Shown here: positions 19,840-28,991 of the stretch, in pieces
How positions within the stretch are numbered: the first letter of the stretch is position 1
Layout of the letters: each line of letters begins with the position of its first letter
IMG/VR virus record: IMGVR_UViG_3300037067_014938
Coordinates: 17,435 to 81,434 of that record
Length of the DNA: 64,000 bases
Direction: 5' to 3' (one strand)
From: a virus
Taxonomy: Duplodnaviria > Heunggongvirae > Uroviricota > Caudoviricetes
Notes under the pieces: model-generated
The model's database searches: none
Seen by the model: only the letters and a program-made list of their open reading frames with translations
Told to the model about the DNA's origin: nothing
Position numbers and translations under genes: made by a program

Positions 19840-20099
19840 AGTGCCCTCATCAGAATATAGATTATAAACTGATCAAAATAATTATCATGTTTCGCGGAAT
19901 AAAGTAATTCTTTCATTGATTTAGGCCATAATGGTTTAGCTCTTTTAGTATATAAACATACTCTATCTTTTTTTGGATAATATGTCAAATAACAAGGAGT
20001 TCGACCATATCCATATTTTATGAAAGGGCTGACCCTTCCAAAAGAAATCTCATTTTTAATAATATTAATATGGCTATTTTTTGTTTCTATTGTAATCAT
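19830..20099 (-). CDS. Small paralog-family protein (FGRVSPF motif)
   Basis: N-terminus MITIETK. Contains the GRVSPF motif. Confidence 0.4.
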   Translation of the reverse strand: MITIETKNSHINIIKNEISFGRVSPFIKYGYGRTPCYLTYYPKKDRVCLYTKRAKPLWPKSMKELLYSAKHDNYFDQFIIYILMRALCK

Positions 20100-20310
20100 C
20101 TCTATTCGCCAGTATCAATAATAAGGTTCTAAAAATCGAAGCTTTATTGAAGGAACTGACCCTTCCATAAAGTAACCTTATATGCTCTTTATTAATAAAA
20201 GTATAACTTGCATGATATGCAATATCAACCCTTTGATCATGTACTTCTATATTTAAGGAGGGGGACCACCATTGTACAGTTGTTGCTGTTACACTTGTAT
20301 TATTTGTCAT
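20074..20310 (-). CDS. Small paralog-family protein (C-terminus TLLLILANRDD)
   Basis: Contains the C-terminal LLxILAxR motif plus WWSPSL and YGRVSSF motifs. Confidence 0.45.
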   Translation of the reverse strand: MTNNTSVTATTVQWWSPSLNIEVHDQRVDIAYHASYTFINKEHIRLLYGRVSSFNKASIFRTLLLILANRDDYNRNKK

Positions 20311-20552
20311 TCCGTTCTATCCGCTAAAATCTCTAATAAAGTTATAATAACTCCAGCCGAGTTTTTATTTCTGTAATTCAGCCGACTGCGACCATACAAA
20401 TATTCTATATACACATTGTCATGGTTTACGTTTATTATTAATTCCCTGCTGTACCCATAGACACCATAGGTATCGGTATCAGTACCTATGGAGGTACTCA
20501 TTGTTCCAAATGCCGGGCAGCGAGTATTTGTAACAAAGTGTTTATTAACCAT
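20307..20552 (-). CDS. Small paralog-family protein (C-terminus ITLLEILADRTE)
   Basis: C-terminal LLxILAxR motif. Confidence 0.45.
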   Translation of the reverse strand: MVNKHFVTNTRCPAFGTMSTSIGTDTDTYGVYGYSRELIINVNHDNVYIEYLYGRSRLNYRNKNSAGVIITLLEILADRTE

Positions 20553-20683
20553 ACTTTTGGGTATAACTCCTTTGGAAAGGGTGAACCATACAAAAAATGT
20601 ATCCCTCTATCAACAATCTCTATGGAAGGGCCAGTATTAATTCGTAATTGCTGAATTATTCTTTTTCTTCGTAAATTTTTCAA
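20498..20683 (-). CDS. Small paralog-family protein (C-terminus TLLQILAARHLEQ)
   Basis: C-terminal LLxILAxR motif and YGSPFP motif. Confidence 0.45.
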   Translation of the reverse strand: MKNLRRKRIIQQLRINTGPSIEIVDRGIHFLYGSPFPKELYPKVWLINTLLQILAARHLEQ

Positions 20684-20924
20684 TTAACTTCCTGATTTCC
20701 CAAAATCTTATTAGTTTTTATTTTCATGGCACACTTGCATAATTAAAATCTAGCAACAAATGGTGGGGCTGGAGAATATTTCCAGGAGTCCAACCATAAA
20801 CGCCGCATACTTTTGGGAACTTCCTTCACGCAATAAGATAAATCTATTGAACATTGCGTTATGGAATTTATTTCTTTAATAATTAATCTGGCGGAGGAGC
20901 CAGAATCTTTTAATACTAACTTAA

Positions 20925-21332
20925 TCATACTCCTCCAAGATTATTAGTAATAATCGCACAATATATCCCATAAAATGGGTTATCAAACCCTAATGCATAA
21001 TGTTCATGAATCTGAATCATACTGGCCCACCCAATGGACGGGCTGGCCCGTCCAATATCCGTAAAACAAACAAATATGGAATAATTGACATAATATTTCG
21101 TATGCCTACAAAAATGCTTAAAAAACCCTTTTCCTCCACACGTAAACAGAGTATCCTCATAAACACCCGAAATTGCCTTAAAGGTTATTTTTTTGGTCTT
21201 TAACGAATATTGCAAAATATAACCAGTTTTATAACAACTATTCTCCTGATAATACGTCATTTGCTTAAGATCTAAATCAGTTTCTGTATTAATTCTGAAT
21301 ATAATCATTAATTTCTTTTTCCATTTTTTCAA
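20925..21332 (-). CDS. Paralog-family protein with duplicated DIGRASPSIGWAS motif
   Basis: Motif encoded by the doubled GGGCTGGCCCGTCCAAT element. Confidence 0.4.
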   Translation of the reverse strand: MKKWKKKLMIIFRINTETDLDLKQMTYYQENSCYKTGYILQYSLKTKKITFKAISGVYEDTLFTCGGKGFFKHFCRHTKYYVNYSIFVCFTDIGRASPSIGWASMIQIHEHYALGFDNPFYGIYCAIITNNLGGV

Positions 21333-21630
21333 TCACTACTTTTCTACGTCGAGTCATTATTATCAATCTACGTGAATACAGCATATTTCGTAAACTATTT
21401 GATGTATTAATAAATACACGTTTTAATTTCTTAAAAAAATTCATACATTGGGCGGCTGGCTCTTCCATTGGATGGGCCTGCCCACCCATAGCTATCACAA
21501 CACCAATTGGCCAATTTTGTTCCGCACCAAATAAAAAATAGTGAAAGTGGGAACAATTGTTAATAAAACCTACAGTTTTTAGGGTCAAGTGGGAAGAAAA
21601 AAGTATAGACCACGAAGCAATTTTAGCCAA
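21289..21630 (-). CDS. Paralog-family protein (GGQAHPMEEPAAQ motif)
   Basis: Contains the doubled GGCTGGCTCTTCCATTGGATGGGCCTGCCCACCC element. Confidence 0.35.
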   Translation of the reverse strand: MAKIASWSILFSSHLTLKTVGFINNCSHFHYFLFGAEQNWPIGVVIAMGGQAHPMEEPAAQCMNFFKKLKRVFINTSNSLRNMLYSRRLIIMTRRRKVVIEKMEKEINDYIQN

Positions 21631-21940
21631 AGTGGGAGGATCAGAAGGTAAAATGGAGATGACACTACAGGTTGTGGTTTATTGTCACGGTGAGTCATAC
21701 AGATAGTGGTCGTGCGGAGTCGGCTAAGTTGTTGTGGGACAGGAAGTTGGAGGGGCGAAAATGCAAGAAAGCTAACGCTATAGACCAAAGCCTTTGTTAA
21801 ATCATTGTCCTACAATAACATACGCCCCACTGTTCAGATGGTGGACACCTCATTGTACGGAAACTGAACAGTTTGATAATGGTCATTCTCACATAAAGTG
21901 AAGGTTTATATATTTGCTATAACCTGTTGCTATTCAATGA

Positions 21941-21966
21941 CTTATACGGCTCTCACACGCCCAAAA
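21941..21966. repeat. Direct repeat CTTATACGGCTCTCACACGCCCAAAA (copy 1) in a 1.1-kb ORF-free region
   Basis: An exact 26-bp copy is found at 22135..22160. A degenerate third copy (TATTCAATAGGTTATACGAT) lies at 22701..22720. Confidence 0.6.
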
Positions 21967-22134
21967 TAAGCTAAACTCCCATATAACCTTTTAACCTCTC
22001 TTATTATACTCATAATATAGTATATCAGAATAGAATGTGAAGGAGATAGTTATATTTATTTTATTTTTTTATACAGAAAGAAAGTCATTAAAGAAGCAGT
22101 TAATAAATTTATTATAACTTATTATGGTTCAAGC

Positions 22135-22160
22135 ACTTATACGGCTCTCACACGCCCAAA
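22135..22160. repeat. Direct repeat CTTATACGGCTCTCACACGCCCAAAA (copy 2)
   Basis: Identical to 21941..21966, with similar upstream context TATTCAATGA / TTCAAGCA. Confidence 0.6.
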
Positions 22161-22446
22161 AACAGATAAACCAATACGTCATATCCCTATATCACACAAT
22201 GACTTAAATATATAACCAATCAAGCCATAAACCAAAAAAGCAATTCAATTTCCATACTCCTGTTAGTTAGTCCTTCCTTATTAAAAGAGTATAATTTTAT
22301 CTCTTTTATACAGTATAAAAGCGGAATAGTCATATTAATACAGTTAATAAAGGCTAACTAACAATAGTATTCCAATTTACTTCTTTTATTTTGATTGTGG
22401 GTTGGCAAGTCCATAGTCGAGTTAATGACTATTCACTAACATCGGT

Positions 22447-22482
22447 CAAAACCGGATAAAAAAGGTCTTGTTTCCAGGTTGG
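22447..22482. repeat. Left flanking imperfect direct repeat of the GC-rich island (AAAAAAGGTCTTGTTTCC core)
   Basis: Similar to 24190..24225 (CGAAAACAGGACAAAAAAGGTCTTATTTCCGGTTAG). Both are followed by TATATAAG / TAATATAA boxes. Confidence 0.5.
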
Positions 22483-22939
22483 CCGATGCCATATATAAGG
22501 AGAGGATAGTACGATAATCGAATCGGCAAGGTTATATTCTTTTTTATCTTTTTGTTATACATAGACTTAAGCTATAACTAATCCAATGTATAGAGTAATA
22601 AAAGAAGCAAGTTAATATATATTTTACCTATTGTGCCATATAGACTTAAGTATTGATAGTGATAATCATACCTTTCAAGTTAAGAATTTTATTCTTTTGT
22701 TATTCAATAGGTTATACGATTTTTTGATCTTTTTAGTGTATGTCGGATTGAGATTTTGATTTTTCTTAATCCTATGTAGGGCAATGACTTATGGCAATTC
22801 AATCAACTATATGGATTCGATTATCTATGATTAACTTGTTGATTGACAATAGGTTACGAAGGCTTGACATTTCGTTCCGACCTGCCGTTCTTGTTGATGT
22901 CGGCGGGACGGTTCCGCCAAAAGGAAAAACGGCTTATAC

Positions 22940-23065
22940 GCGGGGAGATATTATGACAGCGAAGCAATTGGACGAGATGCTGCGGTTCGAGGAAAATTAC
23001 GAATTTTATATCGACAAGGGTTACATTGTGGGTTACTACGCTGACGACAATATAATCGACTATAT
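22940..23065 (+). CDS. Small peptide (MTAKQLDEMLRFEENYEFYIDKGYIVGYYADDNIIDYIVR) in GC-rich island
   Basis: RBS GGGGAGATATT upstream. Internal-Met start within track ORF 22791..23075. Confidence 0.35.
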
Positions 23066-23231
23066 TGTGAGGTGATAACATGACACTACAAAAGCAACTA
23101 CGGATTAACGCTACAATCCGACTACATGGGCAAAAAGGCTATACAAAAGACTGTATCTATTGTGGCGGTATATGTCCGATTTACGGAAATGTGTCAAAAG
23201 GCTTTTGCTTTTCCTTTTGTGAGCTGTTATA

Positions 23232-23534
23232 ATGTCAAGACATAGACTGAACATAGAACGGAGAAAAGCCTTTTTCGGTCTTTTGGATTATCAGACATAT
23301 ACAAGGTTGAATAAACCGAAAAGACACACCGAAAAGGATAACGATATACGACAAGGCAAAAGGGCCGATTGTATCACGTATCGACCTTATATGACGTACC
23401 GAAAAGGCAAAAAGATAAGATACTTGACAAGGCCGTCCAAAACGGTATTAGACCGTATAGAAGTCGAAAAAAGAGGATTAAACATAGAAGCAAAAGCAAA
23501 AGCCGACAAACAAAAGGCAATTGCGGAGTTTTAA
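23232..23534 (+). CDS. Highly basic small protein in GC-rich island
   Basis: GC about 50%. Arg/Lys-rich 100-aa ORF. Confidence 0.4.
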   Translation: MSRHRLNIERRKAFFGLLDYQTYTRLNKPKRHTEKDNDIRQGKRADCITYRPYMTYRKGKKIRYLTRPSKTVLDRIEVEKRGLNIEAKAKADKQKAIAEF

Positions 23535-23556
23535 CCTTTTTAACAGGAGTAATACC

Positions 23557-24141
23557 ATGCAAAATGAAACGAAAAACACTTATGGACTTGCCAAAGGTCA
23601 AGCGGCTTTCGGCGATATTGTGACCGACGGCAAGGTCATTTGGAAGTCGGAACGGCAAGCGGCTTTTTCGTTCATTGCCGACGCGAAAAGCTTGACGGTT
23701 TACAAGGTTAAACCGGCAGGCGATGTCAAACAAGCCAAGTCATCCGGCCTGATTTTTATGGCCGCAGGCTTAACGGAAGCGGTTTTGCCCTTCCGGGGTA
23801 CGGTCGCCGATACGGTGAAAGCCCTCGAATTGCTCAAGACTGATTCCGTCAAGTCGTATGACATTACCAAAAAAGACGGGAGTTTGAAGACGGCAGTAGT
23901 TCGGACGTTCGACGCGAAATCGGGCGAATTTACGTTTGATATTCGCAACATCGGCAAGGCGATGGCGTTCAGGTGGGCGATCAAAAAAGCCGACCTTATC
24001 GACGGGCTTAACAAGTCAAAAACCGATGACGCATGGACGGTCGAAAGTCTCTCCGCCCGGTACGCTGAAGTCGAACCGAAAGGTGGAGCCGTGACCAAAG
24101 CCGTCAATACGGCAATGGCCGAGGCAATGTCCGAGTTTTAA
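23557..24141 (+). CDS. Hypothetical protein (194 aa) in GC-rich island
   Basis: RBS AGGAG upstream of the MQNETKNTYG start. A GC-rich hairpin terminator follows. Confidence 0.5.
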   Translation: MQNETKNTYGLAKGQAAFGDIVTDGKVIWKSERQAAFSFIADAKSLTVYKVKPAGDVKQAKSSGLIFMAAGLTEAVLPFRGTVADTVKALELLKTDSVKSYDITKKDGSLKTAVVRTFDAKSGEFTFDIRNIGKAMAFRWAIKKADLIDGLNKSKTDDAWTVESLSARYAEVEPKGGAVTKAVNTAMAEAMSEF

Positions 24142-24151
24142 CCGATTTTAG

Positions 24152-24180
24152 GCCGCCAACTAATTCCGGTTGGCGGCCTA
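24152..24180 (+). terminator. Rho-independent terminator hairpin GGCCGCCAAC-TAATTCCG-GTTGGCGGCC
   Basis: Perfect 10-bp GC-rich stem followed by TACCTTTTGG. Confidence 0.6.
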
Positions 24181-24189
24181 CCTTTTGGT

Positions 24190-24225
24190 CGAAAACAGGA
24201 CAAAAAAGGTCTTATTTCCGGTTAG
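24190..24225. repeat. Right flanking imperfect direct repeat of the GC-rich island
   Basis: Matches 22447..22482. A second shared segment is GTGATTATTCACTAA versus ATGACTATTCACTAA. Confidence 0.5.
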
Positions 24226-24646
24226 TTAGTGATTATTCACTAATCTACTAATATAACCATTTTGGTTATAGTAGATTCAAGTGAGTGAATACTAACTAAC
24301 CCTAATCCGGGCCTCGCGTATATAAGAATTGGCGTTTAGAAAGTTTGCCAGGATTTTATGGGAGAATTTTTCTTTTTTTGATACAGAACAGAAGAGATGG
24401 GGTGATTTATGAGCAATGGCAAAGTAATGAGATTTATACTAACCGACCCCGATACAGGGGAAGTTACGTATAATGAGGCTTCTTTTTCCGAAGAAGATGC
24501 ACAAGTGCAATATCGGTACTATGTGGATGAAGTAAAACTTCAGTGTAAACAGCCAATGAGTTACGAGGAATATAAGAAGATGTTACTTGGATGATTACGA
24601 GGGATTTTATGGGAGAATTTTTCTTTTTTCATACAAGGAGTAAAGT

Positions 24647-25039
24647 ATGATAACACGAGAATTTATCAGGCGGAATCGCCATATCCTATTTGTATTTGGT
24701 GACAACGATACAAGAACAGGGTTTGGTGGTATGGCCAAGGATTTTAGAGGGGAAGTTAATGCAATAGGCATTAGAACCAAAAAATATCCCGGAATGGATA
24801 AATCTCATTTTTATACAGATGATGAATTATCAGCAAATCAATCAAAAATCACTAATGATATCAAGAATGTACTTAATTCATCAATAAATTACTCTTATAT
24901 TTATTTGCCATCACTAATAGGTTTAGGTAAAGCAAATATGGCCACTCGTTGTCCCAAAACGCATACATTTTTACGCCAAGAAATGTTGCGTATTGAGGTT
25001 ATATTGAAAAACTCAGGCAAGAAAGTGGTTTGGTTCTAA
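24647..25039 (+). CDS. Hypothetical protein with Rossmann-like FVFGDNDTRTGFGGMA motif (SLOG/LOG-like fold possible)
   Basis: ILFVFGDNDTRTGFGGMAKDFRGEVNAIGIRTKK. Fold assignment is uncertain. Confidence 0.35.
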   Translation: MITREFIRRNRHILFVFGDNDTRTGFGGMAKDFRGEVNAIGIRTKKYPGMDKSHFYTDDELSANQSKITNDIKNVLNSSINYSYIYLPSLIGLGKANMATRCPKTHTFLRQEMLRIEVILKNSGKKVVWF

Positions 25040-25479
25040 CAAGGAGTAAAACATGGGCATTGTGAGAATCGAGATTGAATTTATGCGTTCGGAAGAAAGT
25101 ATAATTGAAACAATCGAACAAGGATCACTTGAAGAATCCGATTGGGGTTATTTGTGCCAAGATTTTCTACATGAATTGAGGACTGAGCCAAAAAATCGGG
25201 AAGCTTTGCTCAAAAAGCATTTCTCCTATGTTCTAAAACATGAAATGTCCACTACTATGGGATATAGCGTCTTGTATTAATATGTCCAGTTTTTTAATTC
25301 TTACATTAATTGGTGTAGTAATAGGTTCATCAATTAAGGCAATAATGAATCTCAATACACCAGTTTTGGTTCCTGTAAAGAAGAATTTTGAGAAAGTTGC
25401 CAAGAAAAAATTGGAGAAAAATCAGGTTATTCAACCTGCTGATATACAAGACGCAATAGAGAACTTCTAATTTGTTGAA

Positions 25480-25791
25480 TTGGACAATGTAACAATGATT
25501 TGTGTAAAATGTGGGAATGATAAATGTGATGAAACACATTTGCTTTGTGAAAATTGTTCCGAAGTTGAACTTCCTACGGAATTAGAAAGAAAACAAATCA
25601 TTAAAACTCTCAAAAAATATCAGAAGAAACTATCAAGAAATGGCGAATCATCATTTTATACAGACTATTTATTAAATCATTTACAAAGCAATGAAGGGAA
25701 TAACGATAGAATAATTATATATAATATTCTTTTTGCTAAGGAATTTATAGCAACATGTGAAATACCTATGGAAACTGATGAGGAATTCTAA
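25480..25791 (+). CDS. Zinc-ribbon protein
   Basis: CVKCGNDKCDETHLLCENC arrangement. Confidence 0.4.
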   Translation: MDNVTMICVKCGNDKCDETHLLCENCSEVELPTELERKQIIKTLKKYQKKLSRNGESSFYTDYLLNHLQSNEGNNDRIIIYNILFAKEFIATCEIPMETDEEF

Positions 25792-26392
25792 TAGATGTGC
25801 AGAAAAGAAATTCACCAATAAAATAAAAAAGAGGTAACTATGACAAACGAAGCTTGGCTGCAACTCGAAAAGCGGATGTCAAAATTTTCGTGAAAAATTA
25901 CGAAAAGATGGAATTCTTTCCTACGTCTGCTCGGAAGCAAAGATTCTGGGATATAAGGGACTTCGGCATTATTGGAAAACTATGAAGAATCCCGGATATC
26001 ACATGGAGGAGACAGAATGAATCTGATGTCGGGCAAATTCGGGGACAGATTTGGATGGGCGATTATAATTATCACAGTTGCTTATCTAATCTGGCAACTT
26101 TTTTGGAGGCAAATATGACACAACATACAATAAAGGGGAAAGATATGAGACCAAATGGTGCCAGAAATTTGACGGCTGAAGAATCTGTTGAAGGACATTA
26201 CATTAAAGTCGTCAAAAAGATTTGTGAAACTTGTGGGCATGGACAATTCACAATTTCTCCAGAAAATGGAAAATGTCACAGATTTCCAAAGACAGAAGAT
26301 GTTGAAAGAACCCATTTTTGTGGAGAATGGAAAAAACGGCCGCGTTGAACACCATTTCAACGTGCATAATAGTAATAATAAAGGAGCGGGCT

Positions 26393-26587
26393 ATGAAAAT
26401 CAAAATGAAAGTTGCCAAAAAATCCTCTTGGTACACTCCCGTTAAAAAAGCTCCAAGTGGGGTTGACCATTCCATAATAGGGTCGTTACAAGGTCATACC
26501 TACGCCGCTGGCCCTGAAAGTGACCGGGGGAAATATGCTTGCTTTGTGTTTAGCAGGCACAATCGTAAGTTTTTTGAGAGAGTATAA
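26393..26587 (+). CDS. Small basic hypothetical protein
   Basis: RBS AAAGGAG upstream of MKIKMKVAKK. Internal-Met start of track ORF 26318..26587. Confidence 0.35.
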   Translation: MKIKMKVAKKSSWYTPVKKAPSGVDHSIIGSLQGHTYAAGPESDRGKYACFVFSRHNRKFFERV

Positions 26588-26593
26588 AGCAAC

Positions 26594-26767
26594 GCCGTCT
26601 AATTGCCAATAACGGTGCTAATCTGGGGCAAACGCCATCAAGTGTAACACATAGGGAGCGGGAACTGCCTGTCTCAGAGCTGTAGGTTCCTAATTAGACG
26701 GCACTAAAAATTCCGCTCGAAACGGGTGAGGGGAAATAGGAAACAGACCGACTATTCTCCTCACCCA
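26594..26767 (+). ncRNA. Candidate structured noncoding RNA in intergenic region
   Basis: Long-range inverted repeat GCCGTCTAATTG...CTAATTAGACGGC encloses about 80 nt. A hairpin GGTGAGGGGAAAT...TCTCCTCACC follows. No ORF is present. Confidence 0.3.
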
Positions 26768-26786
26768 AAAATAATGGGAAAAAATC

Positions 26787-27158
26787 GTGAAAGGTATCTT
26801 TGACAAGATTTCAAAAGAATGGTTTTTTATATGCTGTATTGTCTTCTTTATTATAGGGTTGACCCAAAGTGATAAAACTTGTTATATTTGCTCTGTTATA
26901 TGCTTCTGTACTGGTATAATTCTTAGGGAAATAAGAAAAAAAGATATTAATGCTTTAATCTCAATACAAACTATAAGTGAAGAATCATTAAAAATTCTCA
27001 AGAAAATGGGTCATGATGGAATTGACCGGGAAATACGACCTAATGATGAGTTAAAAGAACTTGTGGGGAGTATTCGCCGTCAAATGTCCATTGCAAAAGC
27101 TAAAAATACTCCGATAAATCCTCAGCATATTATTGAAAAAATTGATGGAGTAATATAA
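26787..27158 (+). CDS. Membrane protein
   Basis: N-terminal TM segment FFICCIVFFIIGL. Confidence 0.4.
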   Translation: MKGIFDKISKEWFFICCIVFFIIGLTQSDKTCYICSVICFCTGIILREIRKKDINALISIQTISEESLKILKKMGHDGIDREIRPNDELKELVGSIRRQMSIAKAKNTPINPQHIIEKIDGVI

Positions 27159-27341
27159 AATGAAGTATTTAAAATTACATAAAGGTGATTATGATAAGGG
27201 CGGTACGTGGCATTTCCATCTTGGAAATGACTGGGTTTATTTTTCGGCCCAGATTCTTACTCCGGTATATGGATATACTTGGTGGCATCTTGATTTTAGC
27301 ATAAATTTGGTCTTTTTGAATATAAACTTTGACCTCCCAAT

Positions 27342-27746
27342 TTGGAAAGGGGCAACAAAATGATATATTTAACAATTAAACGGGATTATATCAAGCACAT
27401 TGATGGTAATACTTCTGGTGATGGCTTTGTTCGGGTAGAAAAATCTTCAGATGGCCGTGAATGTGCAATGTTCCAAGGCGTTTTACGCACAATAGAGGAA
27501 ATTGCAATTTTAGGTTTAGCCGAAAAACTTGGTGGATTTTTATGGGCCGAAGAAAACGGTTATATTGTTCTTGAATTTGAAGATTCCGCAAAAGCTGCTA
27601 AGTTTGTAGGAAGATTAGGCGGAATTATAGATTCTGAATATGACTTTACCTATATTAAGGCCCCTATTCCAAAAGGTACAAAATTATCTGTTTCTTTTAT
27701 TTCTGCGGACTTGGATGAAGAAGATGACCCTACTTTCTGTAGTTAG
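27342..27746 (+). CDS. Hypothetical protein
   Basis: 134-aa ORF. Confidence 0.4.
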   Translation: MERGNKMIYLTIKRDYIKHIDGNTSGDGFVRVEKSSDGRECAMFQGVLRTIEEIAILGLAEKLGGFLWAEENGYIVLEFEDSAKAAKFVGRLGGIIDSEYDFTYIKAPIPKGTKLSVSFISADLDEEDDPTFCS

Positions 27747-27937
27747 TGCGAAAGATTTCGAAAAAGAGTAATTAAAAAACTACTTCAACTTTATGAAAAT
27801 GATTTCTGAAAATGGTCTAAGAATTTTGCGAGGAAAACGTAGGTATAGCTGTACCATTTGGATGCCTCAAGGTGTTTCTGAAATGCAAACAGATTGCATT
27901 GCACCAGTTGTAGATAAAGATGGATTTCCACATCAAT

Positions 27938-28011
27938 GCCCCCGTAGCTCAATTGGATAGAGCAGATGCCTTCTAAGCAAAAGGTAGCAAGTTCGAATCT
28001 TGCCGGGGGTA
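27938..28011 (+). tRNA. tRNA-Arg (anticodon UCU); weak anticodon stem
   Basis: Acceptor GCCCCCG/CGGGGGT, D-arm GCTC-AATTGGATA-GAGC, loop CTTCTAA, T-arm GCAAG-TTCGAAT-CTTGC. The anticodon stem has only 3 clean pairs. Confidence 0.55.
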
Positions 28012-28015
28012 TTTT

Positions 28016-28076
28016 GAATATAGCATAATTGGTAATGCAGCAGTCTGTAGAAAGGTTCGAGTCCTTCCTCAACCAT
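28016..28076 (+). pseudogene. tRNA-like fragment (D-arm GCAT-AATTGGTA-ATGC plus T-loop GGTTCGAGTCC) without an acceptor stem
   Basis: No complementary 5'/3' acceptor strands and no anticodon arm could be formed by hand. Confidence 0.3.
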
Positions 28077-28991
28077 TTAAACTATGAATAAATATTTAAC
28101 TTTATTACTTCTTTACTATGCTTGTTGGCCAGAAGGTGAAATCCCTCCTTATTATATAAGGGATAATTTACTTGTATATGTTGCACAATATACAAAAACA
28201 GCAATTTATTATCAAGATCAATTGTTTAATTGCAAAGAAAATAGGCTGTTTTGTAGGTTGTTGAATAAAAAAGATTAAAATGTGTATATTTCATAAATGG
28301 TGCAATCTCATAAGATTTGGTTTATACCGGCCGAATTCCCTGGAAAACACGGCCCGTTATAAAGTATGCAACAAGTGTTATAAATTAAAATGGAAAAGAA
28401 GAAAATATTATCCTAAGGAAATGCTATGATTAGAGGGTTTGCGGCATCACGAGAAGTTGTAATAAATGGTATTAGACTATCTCCTAAAAAGAGTTAAGAT
28501 ATTATTAATCATTCTCCCGATGGTTTTAATTGGGGTTATCACGGTTTCGGCCTGCCCAGTTAGCCCTTGCATTATTATTGGAATTTCGCGATGAAGCATT
28601 TGCCAGAAAATATTATATGAGAATAAATAATATTAATATAATTTACAATTATGCAGGTTATAAATTAGATATATTTGCACGTCATGCTGATCTTCCTTAT
28701 TTACCTTTAAAAATAGCTATAAGTAAGAAATCTTCTATTATTACTACATATGAAGATATAGTTTTTTCAAATTGAATTGGATATAATCAAATTACTTCTT
28801 TTAATGTTAGCATCATATGAATAACTTATTACTCTTATACTTTTTTGGAGATGCTACGGGTCTTTTAGACACAATAAAATTTAATCAATTCAAAAAAGAA
28901 AGATGGAAAGATATGCTTTTTGAACATATGGGACATCCAGTATACTGGAAAGAAGTAAAAAATTGGGTTTATATATTTAACAAATTGACAA

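Noticed and set aside
23369-23623. Alternative-frame 84-aa ORF overlapping 23232..23534
   Set aside because: Both frames are open because of GC-richness. The 23232 frame has the RBS-like context and continues to the next gene start, so the 23369 frame is probably not coding.
27791-28072. Minus-strand 93-aa ORF
   Set aside because: It overlaps the plus-strand tRNA-Arg and the tRNA-like fragment completely. It has no RBS and is judged spurious.
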